Below, one piece after another: positions 13,501-25,535 of a stretch of DNA of 64,000 nt (positions are counted from its first letter, which is position 1; the number at the start of each line of letters is the position of its first letter). Source of the DNA: Parvularia atlantis (lineage: Eukaryota). The notes below the pieces were generated by a model that saw only the letters and a list, made by a program, of their open reading frames with translations, did not search any database and was not told where the DNA came from. Position numbers and translations under genes: made by a program. The stretch is taken from NCBI GenBank assembly GCA_943704415.1, contig CALSCO010000113.1, positions 1 through 64,000 of the forward strand, in the 5' to 3' direction.

Positions 13501-14213
13501 CCGCCCGTGCAGCTCGGCCTGATGTGGGTCAACCAGTCGCACTGGCGCGCCGTGAGCGCACCGGCCGTCGTGCGCGCGTGCAGCCTGCGACACCGGATGC
13601 TCTCGTTCGTGCAGAACTTCCTGTATTTCATCATGATTGAGGTGCTCGAGCCGCAGTGGAACAAGTTCGAGGCCGACATCGTCAAGGTGCGCCGCGCTGG
13701 CTCCGCTGCAGCCGGCGAGCCGATGCACGTGTCGGCAGATGCGCACCGTCGACGAGGTCATCAAGCTGCACGCCGACTTCCTCAAGACATGCCTGGACCA
13801 GTGCATGCTCACGGACGAGAAACCGCTCAAGGTGCGCTCGGCACGGCGCGCGCCCTCCTTCGGCTCACGGCCCGCGGCAGCTCCTGAGCCAGCTGCTGTC
13901 GATGTGCCTCGTCTTCTGTAACCAGGTCGCGGCCGCGCCAGCACCGCTGCGCACGGCCCGGAAGCGAGCGGTGCGCCGGTGCTGACGCTGGGAACACGGC
14001 GGCGGGGGCTGATGTGCAGCCGGTCAGGGCACACCGCCGCCGCCGACGGACGCGTTCGCGGGGCTTGAGCGCGTCGTCCAGCGCACGGACGAGAGCTTCA
14101 CGCACCTGCTGCGCGACCTGCTCCTGCTCCTGCTCTCGGGCAAGCACTACATGACGACGCTGGCGTATCGGATAGACTTCAACGGGTACTACAGCCTGCT
14201 GCGCACGACATGA
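10504..14213 (+). CDS. TUBGCP2: Gamma-tubulin complex component 2 (Spc97/GCP2)
   Basis: N-terminus MSDYRLEHL|VAQLL. Further motifs LFLMAGFDGRYI, GYVSHALCAAMRTLLK|EYLVLVAQLE, GLIQDPYLEFMV, ILNAGKYLNVIRQC, LRSMKRYFFLEAGDLFVHF, YVVEWPLSLVL, EVLEPQW, and C-terminal RIDFNGYY. Confidence 0.95.
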
Positions 14214-14358
14214 CTCTTTGTGTGGCAATGGGATCGGCGAACGCGCACGACAGACGACAGCGCAGGGCGAGCAAAGCGGCAGCATGTTGCGGGGGAAATG
14301 AGCAGCGGAGCGGCAGCGGTTCGGCGTTTGGTGGGCACCACGGCCCCGCAGGCGTCCC

Positions 14359-17300
14359 TTACGACCTTCGCATCTCGCCGGTCGACAGTCGCTGCGGATG
14401 CCTGACAGGCAGCGCCGCGTCCTCGCCCAAGAAAAGGCCTGCGGACACGGGTCAGCGCCCGCGCGCGGCCGGCCGGTGCGCGCACCCTCGCCCATGTCGG
14501 TGAAGGCGGTGTCGTCGAGCATCATCGCAACCTCGTCGATGTCGGTCTTCGTCTCCACCCCGCCCGCACCCACGTCCGACGGCATCTCGATGTTGTCAAA
14601 CCAGCGCTGGACCTTGTCGGTCGCGGGTAGCCTGCGTGCGCACGCACCGTCAGCCACGCCGACACGCTCATGTGTCGCCGCCTCGCACCGGTCGCCCATG
14701 CCGTCTGCACGCACACGCAGCGGTCAGTGCACGAAGGGGCAGGCAGGCAGTCGCGGCACACACCGAGGTAGTTGGCCTGCGGGCTGCCGATGAGCGGCGA
14801 GCCTGAGATCATGCCCGACGTCGCCATCGCGTTCGGGTTGCCCTGCGCGGCCATGGCAGACGCCGCGGGCACGGCCTGTGGTGCGCTGCTTGTGCCCAGG
14901 AGCGACGACGACGAGCCCGTGGAGGGCAGCGAGGTGCTGAGTGGCGGCAGACTCACGGCCGCGCCTGTCCCGGCCGACTTCTGCCGCGACTTGATCGACG
15001 TGGTCTTCGTAAGCGATTTCTTGCCCGTCTTGGCGCCGGTCGCTGCCGCCGCGGCCTCGGGCCCGCTACTGCTCATCGTCGGCGTCGGCGCCGGTGTGGT
15101 AATCGCGGCCGTGTGTGGGTCAACGACGTGCCCGAACGCGACGCCGCCCATGGCCGACATCATGCGCTGATCTGCAAAGGCGCCTGTGCTCCGCCTGCCG
15201 CAGGTACGCGCGCGCACTTTAGCGCGGCCACCCGCAGTCGGCAGTGTGCGCCCAGCACGCACTGGTAGTAGACGGTCTGGCCCTCGGGCGTCGTCGCGAC
15301 CTCCCACCCGGGCGGCAGCGCCGGCGCCCGCCCAAACATCTGTGTCGTGCCGTCCATTATCACTTGCGACTGCGGCGTCGGCGCCGGGGCGATCGGCTGC
15401 AGGCCCGGGCGCGCCCCGGGCGTGGCGTTGATGGTCGTGATGGACTGCATGGGCGACATCTGCTCCTCGACCTTGACGTCCGCGCGCTTCTTGGCCTTGC
15501 CCTTGGCCGCCTTGCCCTGCATCCCGGCGGCGGCAGCGGTGGCTGCGGCGGCGGCGGCGGTGTTGGACGAGGCGGTGTCGGTCGGGCTGCTGGTGCCCGC
15601 GGTCGGGTTGATTGTGATCGACGTCCCGCTCGGGTTTAGCTCGTTTGACATGGACGACGACGATGTGCCGGCCACGATCAGGTTGGACGAGTGCGACGTC
15701 GACCGCCGCGGGGCCACGATCAGCAGTGGTGCCTGCCGCGGGTTCTGCTGATACGGCATACTGCGCACGGACCCGAAGGGCCCTGCGCCGCCTGCCCCGG
15801 CACCCGACGTGCTGCTCGCCGACAGCCCGGGCATCATCATCGGCGTCTTGGCCGGCGCGCGCCGGGCGGCCGTAGCGGGCGACTGGGCCCACATCGACTT
15901 GGGCGTTTGCGTGCCCAAGGGCGCGACGATGATCGTTCGGCGCGGGTCCTGCCACGTCGTGATCTTGTCAATGTGGCTGTGCGCGCGCGCGCACGCGTCA
16001 GTGCGGACGAGGGCGCAGCGAGCCCATGCAAGGGCGCACTTGATGTAGTACAGCTCGCCCGCCTCGGTGTGCGCCTCCTCCCAGCCATACGGCAGCATGC
16101 CTGGTCGGGCGCGTGAGCGTGAGCGGGCATGCACGGAGCAGCGGCCTCGGCGCACCCGCGGTGCTGATCGACGACTGCTCCGACATGGACTCGTACTCGG
16201 CCGAGGCGTTGTCGCTCGCGCCCATGGGCGACGACTCGCTCGCCTCTGCCCTCGGCTTCAGCGTGCTCTCCGGCCTGCGCGCGCGTTCGGCTCAAGCGGC
16301 GCTGGGCAGCCCGGCGCCGGACGCACTGCTGCATCGGCGAGTGGTCCTCCGGCATGCTGTCTCCCCACTCGTTTCCTGCGCGAGTGGCGTCAGGCGCACC
16401 GTGCGGCAGTGGCGGGCGCGGGCGCACCGTCCATGTCGTCGTCGTCCTTGGCGCTCATGTCGATGTTTGGATTTTGCTGCAAGTGCACGCACACGTGGAC
16501 GCACACAGTGAGCGTGGCCGCCGCAGTACACGCGCTGGCGACAACGACGCACGAGCATCATTGCGACGGCGAGGCGGATGCGGTCGTCCGTGGGGTCGGC
16601 CGCGGCGAGCGCGGACGTGCCCAGCTGCGAGCTGATGATGAGCACGAGGCGGCGGACCTCGTGGATCAGGTCGCCCTTTTGCTGCTGGAGGATCTTGATG
16701 TACGACATGGCTGGCGACGGCCGTATGAACGGCGTGCACGAGGGCTGCGTGCGCGGCGCACCCTTGAGTAGGATCTGCGCCTTGGTGTACTTGCGCGAGT
16801 TGCAGTTGGGCAGGAACGCGCGCAGCTCCTCGAAGTTGTTCTTGAGCAGCTTGCGCCGCGTCTTCTCGTTCTCGACGTGCATCGCGCGGCGCGAGTCGGA
16901 CGTCGTGGTGGACGCGATGCTCCTGGTCTCTGCCGGCTTCGTTAAGCACACATGGCCGTCCGCGCCCACGCGGGCGCGCACCGCTGTACGTCTGCGAGTG
17001 GTCGTCGGCCAGCCGCGCCTCCGCGAGCGTGCGGTTGTGGGCGGACTCTGCGCCGCACGCGTCATGAGCGCCATCCCGCGCACGACAACGCGGGCCGCAC
17101 CGTCCGCCGACGGCGCGCGCAACACCGGCGTGCTGCGGAAGCGGTAGACCGGCAGCAGTCGCGGCCCCGCGCCACCCGACGGCGGCGGCACCGGCGGCAC
17201 CGGCAGCCCCGACACGTGGCGGTACCCGCCGTACGGCGGCGCGGGCGCGGGATGGGCGCCGAGTGGCACGTCGCCGCCGCCGCCGCCGCCGCCACCGCCG

Positions 17301-17368
17301 CCGCTGCTGCTGCTGCTGCCGGCCCCGCCGCCGATCGAGAACGCCGTGACGGGCTTCCACGAGGCCAT
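14359..17368 (-). CDS. bHLH(-zip) transcription factor fused to one complete and one degenerate WW domain
   Basis: bHLH: RRAMHVENEKTRRKLLKNNFEELRAFLP...TKAQILLK|AMSYIKILQ. Phase-consistent splicing continues to WW LPYGWEEAHTEAGELYYIN|HIDKITTWQDPR and to the partial WW LPPGWEVATTPEGQTVYYQ. Confidence 0.75.
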
Positions 17369-17698
17369 CGCGCGCGCGGACGGCGCGGGAGACGGCTGCG
17401 GCGGCGCGGGCGGTCACGCGAGCGCGCGGGAACGGCGCCGTGCCGTTCAGGGTAGCACGAGAGCGGTGGAGGGCAGCTGGGGGACGCGCGGCGCGGACAG
17501 CGTGCTGCGCAGGGGCGCGCGAGCGAACGGCGCGGGAGGAAAAGATGGACAGCTTGAGGAGAGACAGCCGCTGCCTTGCGTCTCACGCGCATCTGGACAA
17601 CAACGGCAACCGCGACAGCGACAGCGCCCTCACAGAAACGCCCCGCAGCAGCCGTCGCCGCAGCAGCCGTCGCCGCAGCCACCCCTCGGACGGCGCGC

Positions 17699-18380
17699 TC
17701 AGTGCAGCGACCACATCATCTTGATCGCGTTGGTGAGGCCGATGTCGGCCGCGTTGAGGTTGTAGCAGCCGAGGAGGGCCACGAGCGTGAAGAGCTGCAG
17801 GCCACGCATCGCCACCAGGTGTGCCGTCGGCTTCTTGTGCTTCTGCACGTAGTCGACCACGAACGCCTGCCGCGCGCGCGCGCCTCTCGTGTGTGAGAGA
17901 ACGCACAAGAGGCGTTGCCCGACCCTCATCCGCCATTCCCCGTCCGCCAGCCCTCCTCGCCAGCCCGTCCGCGCCAGACGCGCCGTGCCGCACAGACGCA
18001 CCTCGAGGCCCCAGTAGGCGTGCAGCGGGATGACCACGCCGAGCACGTAGTCGACCGGCTTGGACGGCGCCACGACAGCCAGCGGCACAAGCACAACGAG
18101 GCTCGCGGCCACGGCGCGCTCGGCGTACCAGTGCAGCGCGTAGCGCTTGCCGCTCGAGGCCTGCGGGGCCTGCGCCGTCTGCTCGGCCGCCTTGGCCTCG
18201 CTGCGGACGATATGCGCTGCGGGACCGGCTCAGCCCGCCCGCGCCGCCGCACCGCCGCACCGCCGCTGCGCACGCACCGGTCCGGAACGGGCGCCGCGGC
18301 ACCTCGAGCGCGACGCGGCGCGACGCCGCGAGCACGGCCGAGGGCGGCGACGAGACGAGGCGCGACCGCAGGCAGAGCAT
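17699..18380 (-). CDS. SDHD: Succinate dehydrogenase cytochrome b small subunit (CybS)
   Basis: Arg/Ser-rich presequence, LHWYAERAVAASL, DYVLGVVIPLHAYWGLE|AFVVDY, DIGLTNAIKMMWSL. Confidence 0.93.
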
Positions 18381-18436
18381 CGGCGCCAACTAAGCCTGAA
18401 TGCACGAAAGCACCTGGCTGGGACGCGACTTCCGCG

Positions 18437-18873
18437 ATGCCCGCGAGGATGACGTCCATCTCGCGGTCGATCAGCGTCGCGCGGTCGATCCGCCGCCTGC
18501 TCTCGACCGCGCCGCCCGAGCCGGCCGCGCCGCCCAAGCCCAGGAGCATCGCCGAGCGCTTCGAGCAGGCGCCGCGGCCGATCCCGCTCGGCGACGCGCG
18601 CGAGCAGCGCGAGTTCCACGAGGCCCTGGTAGCTCGATCGGCGCGCGCTTGCGGTCGGCTTGAACGCGCTGAATGCGGGGCGGGGCGCAGCGCAAGCACG
18701 ACATCGTCATCAACAACAAGGGCGAGGAGCTCGCGGTCGAGGTGCCGATCACGCCGCTCGAGCCGTTCGAGAATGACATCAACCCCGAGACGGGCGAGCG
18801 CGGCGGCCCGCGCGGCAAAGAGCCGACGCGCTTCGGCGACTGGGAGCGCAAGGGCCGCGTGACCGACTTTTGA
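18437..18873 (+). CDS. SDHAF4: Succinate dehydrogenase assembly factor 4 (Sdh8/DUF1674)
   Basis: Presequence-like N-terminus and the diagnostic C-terminus [31 protein letters not shown]. One intron. Confidence 0.95.
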
Positions 18874-18923
18874 GCCCGCGCGCACGCCGGTGGGGACAGT
18901 GTACAGAAGTGCGCGCGCGTGAG

Positions 18924-20953
18924 TTACAGCTTCGCGTCGATCGGCGCGGCGGCCGGCACCGCGTCGCTCGTCTCGACGCGCCGCGTGAACACGGCTTCGA
19001 CGTCCTGCGGGCGCGGCGCCGTGCCGTGAGCAGGGCGGCGGTGGCGCATCGCGTGCGCGCATGCACGCACCCGTGCCGCGAGGGCCTGCGTCAGGCTGCG
19101 CAGCGCGCTCGGCAGGACCGGCCCGCGGATCGCCAGCTCGTACCGCTCCTCAAAGACGGCCGTGCCGGGCCTGAGCACCTTGATCGGCCTGTTGCGGGTG
19201 ATCTGCCGACGGGCGCACGCACAGTGAGCCGCGCACACGGTAGCGCAGGGAGACGGCCGCCGCACCTGCGCGCTCCGCAGCGTCCCGTTCAGGAACGGCG
19301 TCGGCGCGAGAAGCTCGGGCAGCTGCGGCCAGGCCATCGTGTACAGCACGTTGAACAGGCCGTGCACCCCCGCGGCCGTGTCCATCAGTAGCAGGCTCGG
19401 TGTGTTGTTGATGAGCGTGCTCTCGAGGCGGCGCTGGCGGCTGTTGTGCGCTTGTCAGCACCACACTCGGGCCCGCCCAGCAAACGCACAGCGCCTCGAG
19501 CGTCCGCTTGTCGACCTTGTTCTCACGGTCCTCGTCCTCCTCCGCGTCCTCCTCGCCTGCGCCCGCCACGCCGTCTTGCACGAAGCGCTCGACCTCGGTC
19601 GCGGCCGACGCCATCTTGTGCGCCGACAGCGCCTCCGCCGCAACCGCGAGCGGCAGCGAGAACGGCACGCCTGCGCACGCGCGGCGCGTCAGCGGTCCGC
19701 AGCCGTGCGCAAAAGCGCGAGCAAGCGCACCCTTCTCGGTCAGCATCGCGCGCAGGCCGGGCGTGGATCGCGTGACGACCGCCTTGCACCCCGCCGCCGA
19801 CCCGCGCGCGGCGTAGAACAGCACCACGTACGTCGCCGCGCGCAGGTAAAAGTACGGGCAGGAGCCGTGTCGGAGCATGTAGTAGACGGAGCTGAGGCCC
19901 TGGCGCCTGCTCCGCGCCAGCGGCGGCGGTCAGCGGCTGACGAGCAGCGCGGGCGCGCAGGCGCACCAGTCGGCCAGCCGCTGCGCCAGCGTGTCCTCGT
20001 TGCCGTTGTCGACGCGGCGCCGCTTCTGCAGCGCGCTCAGCACGGCGTCGTCGCGCGCCGCGCCGCCCACGGCCCCGCCGCAGGTGAAGTACATGAGCGC
20101 CTGCTGCACGGCCGCGCCGGCGCCGTCGGTGTCGATCGTCGTCTGCGACCGCGGCGAGGGTCAGTGCACGCGCGGGCACAGCAGGGCGCCCGCACCTCGC
20201 CGAGCGACGGGTGCCCGTGCTGGTAAAAGCCGACGAGCGCGCGCGAGCCCTCGACGCCGTTGCCCGCGCGCAGCCACGTGAACGGCGACGCTGCCGTGAA
20301 CACGACCTCGCTCGAGATCGACCAGTCGACGCGCCCGCTCGGCGGCTGGCTCGCGGGTGCCGCTGCGGGTGCGGACGCGGGTGCCGGCCCGGGCGCGGCC
20401 GCGGGGACAGTCGCCAGTGCGGCCGAGGCAGGCGGCTCGACGACGCGCTTGAGCAGGGACTGCGGCGCGGGCTCGAGCGAGTGATTCTCGTCGTTGACGT
20501 CCGACAGCAGGCGGCGGATGAACGACGGCGCGGGCCGCTCGGGCGAGGCGGGCTGTGGCTTGGGCAGCGGCTGCGACGACGCGGGCGAGGCGTCCATGCT
20601 TGTGCTGCCGCTGCTGCCGCTGGTACTAGACACGTCGCCGGCGTCGTGGGGCTCGACGTCAAACTCGTTGTCGCTCTGCACGAGCGCCCGCCGTGTCAGC
20701 CTCTTGTGCGACGTGCGTGCGTAGGCGCGCGCACCGACGGCGCCGCGTCAGTCGTCGCGAGCGTTGTGGCGCGATCTGTGCAGTTGGCGAAGGCCGGCAG
20801 GCGGAACGGCTTGGCCGTGGCGCTGTCGAGACTGCTGGCGCGGCTGAACGGGTTGCGGCGGACGGCGGCGGCGGCGGCGGCGACAGCGGGCTGCGGCGGC
20901 GCGCGCTCGCCCAGCGGCTGGCGCGCGAGGCGTGGCGCGAACGGGCTGCCCAT
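18924..20953 (-). CDS. DONSON: DONSON (downstream neighbour of SON) replication factor
   Basis: VDWSISSEVVFTAASPFTWL, GSCPYFYLRAATYVVLF, STPGLRAML, VHGLFNVL, PELLAPTPFLNGTL, LAIRGPVLP. Confidence 0.88.
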
Positions 20954-21132
20954 CGTAACGGCGCCGGCGCACTTTTGAATCACGGTGAGAGAAAGCGCGC
21001 CAACAGCGGCGATTGGTCGCGAGTGCGCGTGACGTCGCACCAATTGGATCGTGCCAATTTCGCGTCGTTCTTGACCCCTCCGCCACCCTCCGCCGTCGCA
21101 GCCGTCGCAGCCGCCGCAACCGCCTCGCCACG
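20954..21132. promoter_or_regulatory. Probable bidirectional promoter (DONSON / PH-domain gene) with CCAAT boxes, a TGACGT (CRE-like) site and E2F-like sites
   Basis: A 179-bp divergent gap contains ATTGG/CCAAT four times (including ccaattgg), tgacgtc, gcgcgccaa and tttcgcg. Confidence 0.55.
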
Positions 21133-24100
21133 ATGATGACGAGCGACGCCGAGGCGTTCTCGGACCTGGAGGACGAGCCAATCTCGACCAAGGTGCGCGG
21201 CGCGGCAGCGGCATCGTCCGGCAGTTCACGGGAAGCGCGGAAACGACGCAGATCCTCAAGTCCGGCTGGCTGGTCAAGCAGGGCGGCGGGCACAAGGCGC
21301 GTGGCTGCGGCCGCACGTCAACGCAGCGCTGACGCGCGGGGCCGCTCAGAGCTGGAAGAAGCGCTGGTTCGTGCTGACAAGCAGCTACCTCAAGTACTTC
21401 AAGAGCGAACGCGTGCGCTGCGCCGTGTGACGCGTCACCTCGCTCACCTCACGCATCGTCGGCGCGCGCCGCAGGCCACCGAGGCGCCGCAGGGCATCAT
21501 CTACCTGCGCGCAGTGAGCAAGATCGAGCGCACGGACGATGGCCGCAGCGTCGGCAAGACGCCGCTCGAGGCCTTCGCCGTCAGCACACCCGAGCGCGTC
21601 TACATCATCTGCGGCCAGACAGACGCCGAGGTCACGGCCTGGATCGACGCCATCCGCGCCGCCCTGCCCAACAACGGCGTCGGCCTCCAGCCGGCTGAGA
21701 TTGTCAAGCGCGGCTACCTCACAAAGCAGGGCGGCGCGATCAAGGCGCGGCAATCGCGCATCCCACGCATCGGCTCACGCGCGCGCCGGCCACTCTCGCG
21801 CAGTCCTGGAAGCGGCGCTGGTTCGTGCTCCGCAAGGACAACCTGCTCGCGTACTACAAGGATGAGAAGGTGCGCGATCGCCTGCGCGCCGCAACGTGCC
21901 TCGGCTCACACGGCCGTTGCAGGAGTCGATCCCGCTCGGCACGGTCGACCTCGAGAAGGTGTCCGAGGTCCGGCTCGCCTCCGACAAGGTCCCAGCACAG
22001 CGGCGTGTGCGTGCGCGGATGCGCTGACGCGCCGTGCGTGCAGCTCGGCAAGGAGTTTGCATTTGAGCTCGTCACGGCCGAGCGTGTCTACGGCATCTAC
22101 GCCGCCGCGCGCGAGGAGATGGAGGAGTGGATGCACATGTTGTTGCAGATCGTCGGTGACGTCGCAGGCGAGCGTGCGTCATCCACGCGCGCGCCCCGCC
22201 TTCCCCCCGGCTGTGCACGACTGACCTCGCGACTTGGCAGCGGCCGGGACGAGCCCCGGCGGCGCCGCACGGCCCGGGCGGCAGTCGATGATCGAGGCGC
22301 TGGACGACGACGAGCAGCCGCTAACGCTCGACGAGGTCAATAGCTTCATCCGCTCCGACACGGTGCGGCGGCCGCGCTCTCGCGCGCACGCTCGCCTGAC
22401 GCGTGCCCGTGCGCGCCAGCGGATCACGAAGGAGGGCTTCCTGACCAAGCAAGGTGGCAGCATCAAGGTGCGCGCGGGCACCGCTCGCGCTCGCGTGTCT
22501 GACGCCGCACGCGCGCGCGCAGTCCTGGAAGAAGCGCTGGTTCGTGCTGCGCGAGGCCACGCTGGCGTACTACCAGGACGAGAAGGTGCGCTTTGTGCGA
22601 AGCAGCTCGTGGAAGGGGCTAACGCACACCCTTCGCGCACGCAGGAGTCGACGCCGCTCGGGCTCATCCCGCTGACGACGTGCCGCTCGTTCCAGCTCGC
22701 GTCGAAGAAGGCGCGTACTCGGTCGATGCCGCCCGCGTGACCGTAGCGCTGACGCGCGTGCATCAGGTGTCCAAGTCCAACACGTTCGAGATCACGACCG
22801 ACAGCCGCACGTACTATGTCTCGGCCGCCAACGAGGAGGACATGTGGGACTGGATCCGCGTGCTGCAGGACGCGATGACGCGCAACTCGCAGTGCGTCGG
22901 GGCGCGGTCGGTGGGCACGTGCGCGGTGAGCTGACGGCGCCGTGCAAGGGACCCCTCGGTCAACTCGGCCGAGTTGCGTGCGCTTGAGAAGGCCGCCGAA
23001 CTCGCGGCGCAGAAGAAGGCGCTGCAGCTCAAGGTGATTCGGCGCGCGGGCATCAAGAAGCTCGAGAAGCTGCAGGTGCGCCGTGCCACCCGCGTGGACG
23101 GGCAGCAACTGACGCGCAGAGCAGACGATGGTCAGGCGAGCGTCGCGCGCGTCCGACTTCAAGCGCCCGAGCAAACGCTCGAGCTCAGTGCTGCGCTCCG
23201 GCTGGGCCGCGCCGATCGTCGCGCACGAGCAGAAGCTGGCCGAGGACAAGGGTGCGCGGCAGGACTGTGCGCGCGTGGCGGAGCGCCGGTTGATCGCGTC
23301 GCAGGCACGCTCGAGGAGCAGCTGCGCGTGCTCCAGGCGCAGACGAATCAGACGGAGGAGCTGCGTGAGCAGATCCGGGTGCGTTCGCTCGCAGCGGTGT
23401 GCGCTGCTGTGCAAGGCTGAGCCCTGCGCAGGCGATGCAAAGCGAGATCGACCGCATGGCCGCGCAGCTGTCGATGGCGCAGACCAGCAGCGGCACGTTT
23501 GACAGTGCGCTCGGGGCGGCGTGTCGCCGGGGTGACACAGGCTGACGGTGCTGGCAGCGCGCTTCGTGAACGCGTCGATCGAAGACGATGACGACGAGAC
23601 GCCGATCGCCTGGGCGCGCGCCGTCAAGGACTACGTGCCGAACGGTGCGCCCGCAACGTGCCTGGGCGCGCCGCGCGTGGTGCGCCGACTCTGAGCGTGG
23701 CTGCGCCAGCGTACGACGACACCGCGCTTGTGTTCAAGGCCGGCGACATCATCGCGATCACACAGCGCAGCAGCAGCGGCCAGTACACGGGCCTGCTGGG
23801 CGGGCGCAAGGCACGCACGCCTCTCGCGAGCACGGCACGGCTTAGACGCTGACGTGCGCCGCAGGGCGTGTTCCCCTACCGGTTTGTCGAGGAGCTGGAC
23901 GCGGAGGAGGCAAAGCGCGCAAAGCAGGACTTTGCCGCCGAGGCCTCCGCGACATCGCCCGGCGGCGCCAACGGCAGAGACCCGTGGAACGTGCGTGCCT
24001 ACCGGGACGGGCCCAGGCGGCGGGCACTGACGTTGCGTGGACGTGCAGGACAAGCTCGACGACGCCGCGCGCTCGCTCTTTGCCATGTACGACAGCGACG

Positions 24101-24372
24101 GCGACGGCTTCATGACCAAGCTCGACTTTTTCGAGTTCCTGTACGAGTTTGGCAAGACGTACCTGACGGATGTGCAGGTGCGCGCGCGTGTGTGTGTGGT
24201 GCGGGCGTGCAGTCGTTGTGACGCGGAGCGAACGTCGCAGGTCGAGCGCTGCTGGGCCGAGGTCGACCAGAGCAGGCGCGGCATGGTCAGCTGCCAGGAG
24301 TTCAGCCGCGGCGTGAAGAAGCTGGACGAGGTCGAGTTCTACGCCGACTGGAGTCCGGGCGACCTTGTGTGA
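21133..24372 (+). CDS. Triple-PH, coiled-coil, SH3 and EF-hand protein
   Basis: Three PH domains (KSGWLVKQGGGHK|SWKKRWFVL; KRGYLTKQGGAIK|SWKRRWFVL; KEGFLTKQGGSIK|SWKKRWFVL). SH3 (ARAVKDY...LVFKAGDII...GRK|GVFPYRFVE). EF-hand (FAMYDSDGDGFMTKLDF). Confidence 0.88.
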
Positions 24373-24432
24373 GCGGGCGGAGGGGGAGGTTGCCCGCCGA
24401 GTGCGCGCTTCATTGTTGCGGATCTGAACGCG

Positions 24433-25403
24433 ATGTCGCTGCCGGTGCCGCGCGCGCGGCCGTCGCACATGGGCCGCTCGGTGTCGTGGTCAGGTGGGCG
24501 CGACGGGCCGGACGGCGGCGAGACGATCGGGCCGCGCCTGCCGCGCTCGCCGCTCGCGCTGGGCAGCAGCATCGCCGGCGGCGACCTTGCGAGTGCGCTC
24601 AGCGTGGGCTCGGCGTCGTCGCCGGTGCTCTCGTCGGCCTCGCCGGCCACGCCGCTGCTGCTGGCTGGACGCATCTCGCCGGGGCGCACGCCATCGCCGC
24701 AGCTGCCGCAGCCGCCGCAGCCGCCGCGCCGCGGCCGCGCCGAGACGGGCGCTGGGGTGGGTGCGCGGCAGCCCAACGTGGAGATCTACGGCTTTGTGCT
24801 GTACCTGGGCTCGTTCGTGGGCTACGGTGCGGCCGATGCGCGCGCAGACGATGCGCGGGTGCTGACGCGCGCGTGCGCACGCACGTGTGTGTGTGTGGGG
24901 GGGGGGGGGGGGGGGCCGCAGCCGCGTTCATCCTGTGGGCGTACCTGCCAGACGACGTGCTGCACCGCCTTGGTATCACCTACTACCCGAGCAAGTGCGC
25001 CGCGACGGAGCGGGTGGCCGCGGCGCAGCTGACCGGGCGTGCGATGCGCAGGTGGTGGGCGCTCAGCCTGCCCGTGTACGTTCTCGTCCTGGCCGGGTTC
25101 GTCGTCCTGTTCTACGTCGCCTACAGCCTCATCGCGACTGTGCCGCTCGACTCGATCCACGCGCTGACGGACGAGCACGCCAACGTGATTGAGAATCTGG
25201 GCTCGCAGACGTTCAAGCACGAGGACAAGGTGCCCGAGCTGCTCGACATCCCCATCTCGGTCGTCAACAAGTGCCTCTTCCAGGTGCGCACACACGCTTA
25301 CGCTGCGTGCGCTGTGCCGATGTGCCTGACGTCGCACCAGGGCGTGAGCACGCGCGACGGGCCGGGCGGGACAGCGGCCGCGGCGCGCGAGGGCCAGCTG
25401 TAG
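24433..25403 (+). CDS. PIGP: GPI-GlcNAc transferase subunit P (PIG-P/Gpi19) with an N-terminal low-complexity extension
   Basis: EIYGFVLYL, FILWAYLPDDVLHRLGITYYPSK|WWALSLP, VPELLDIPISVVNKCLF. Confidence 0.93.
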
Positions 25404-25535
25404 GCGCATGCGTGCGGTGTGCGGTGTGCGGTGTGCGATAGGGGCGGGTGTTTGTGTTGCAGCGCGTTGCTAGGCGGGCGCAGCCGCGGCCACAGAAACG
25501 GGGCAGAAAGGTGAGGGGAGCAGCCGCCGAGCACC

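Noticed and set aside
15240..16100. YAP/Yorkie or Salvador orthologue
   Set aside because: No TEAD-binding or SARAH domain was recognised, and the WW exons splice in frame to an upstream bHLH.
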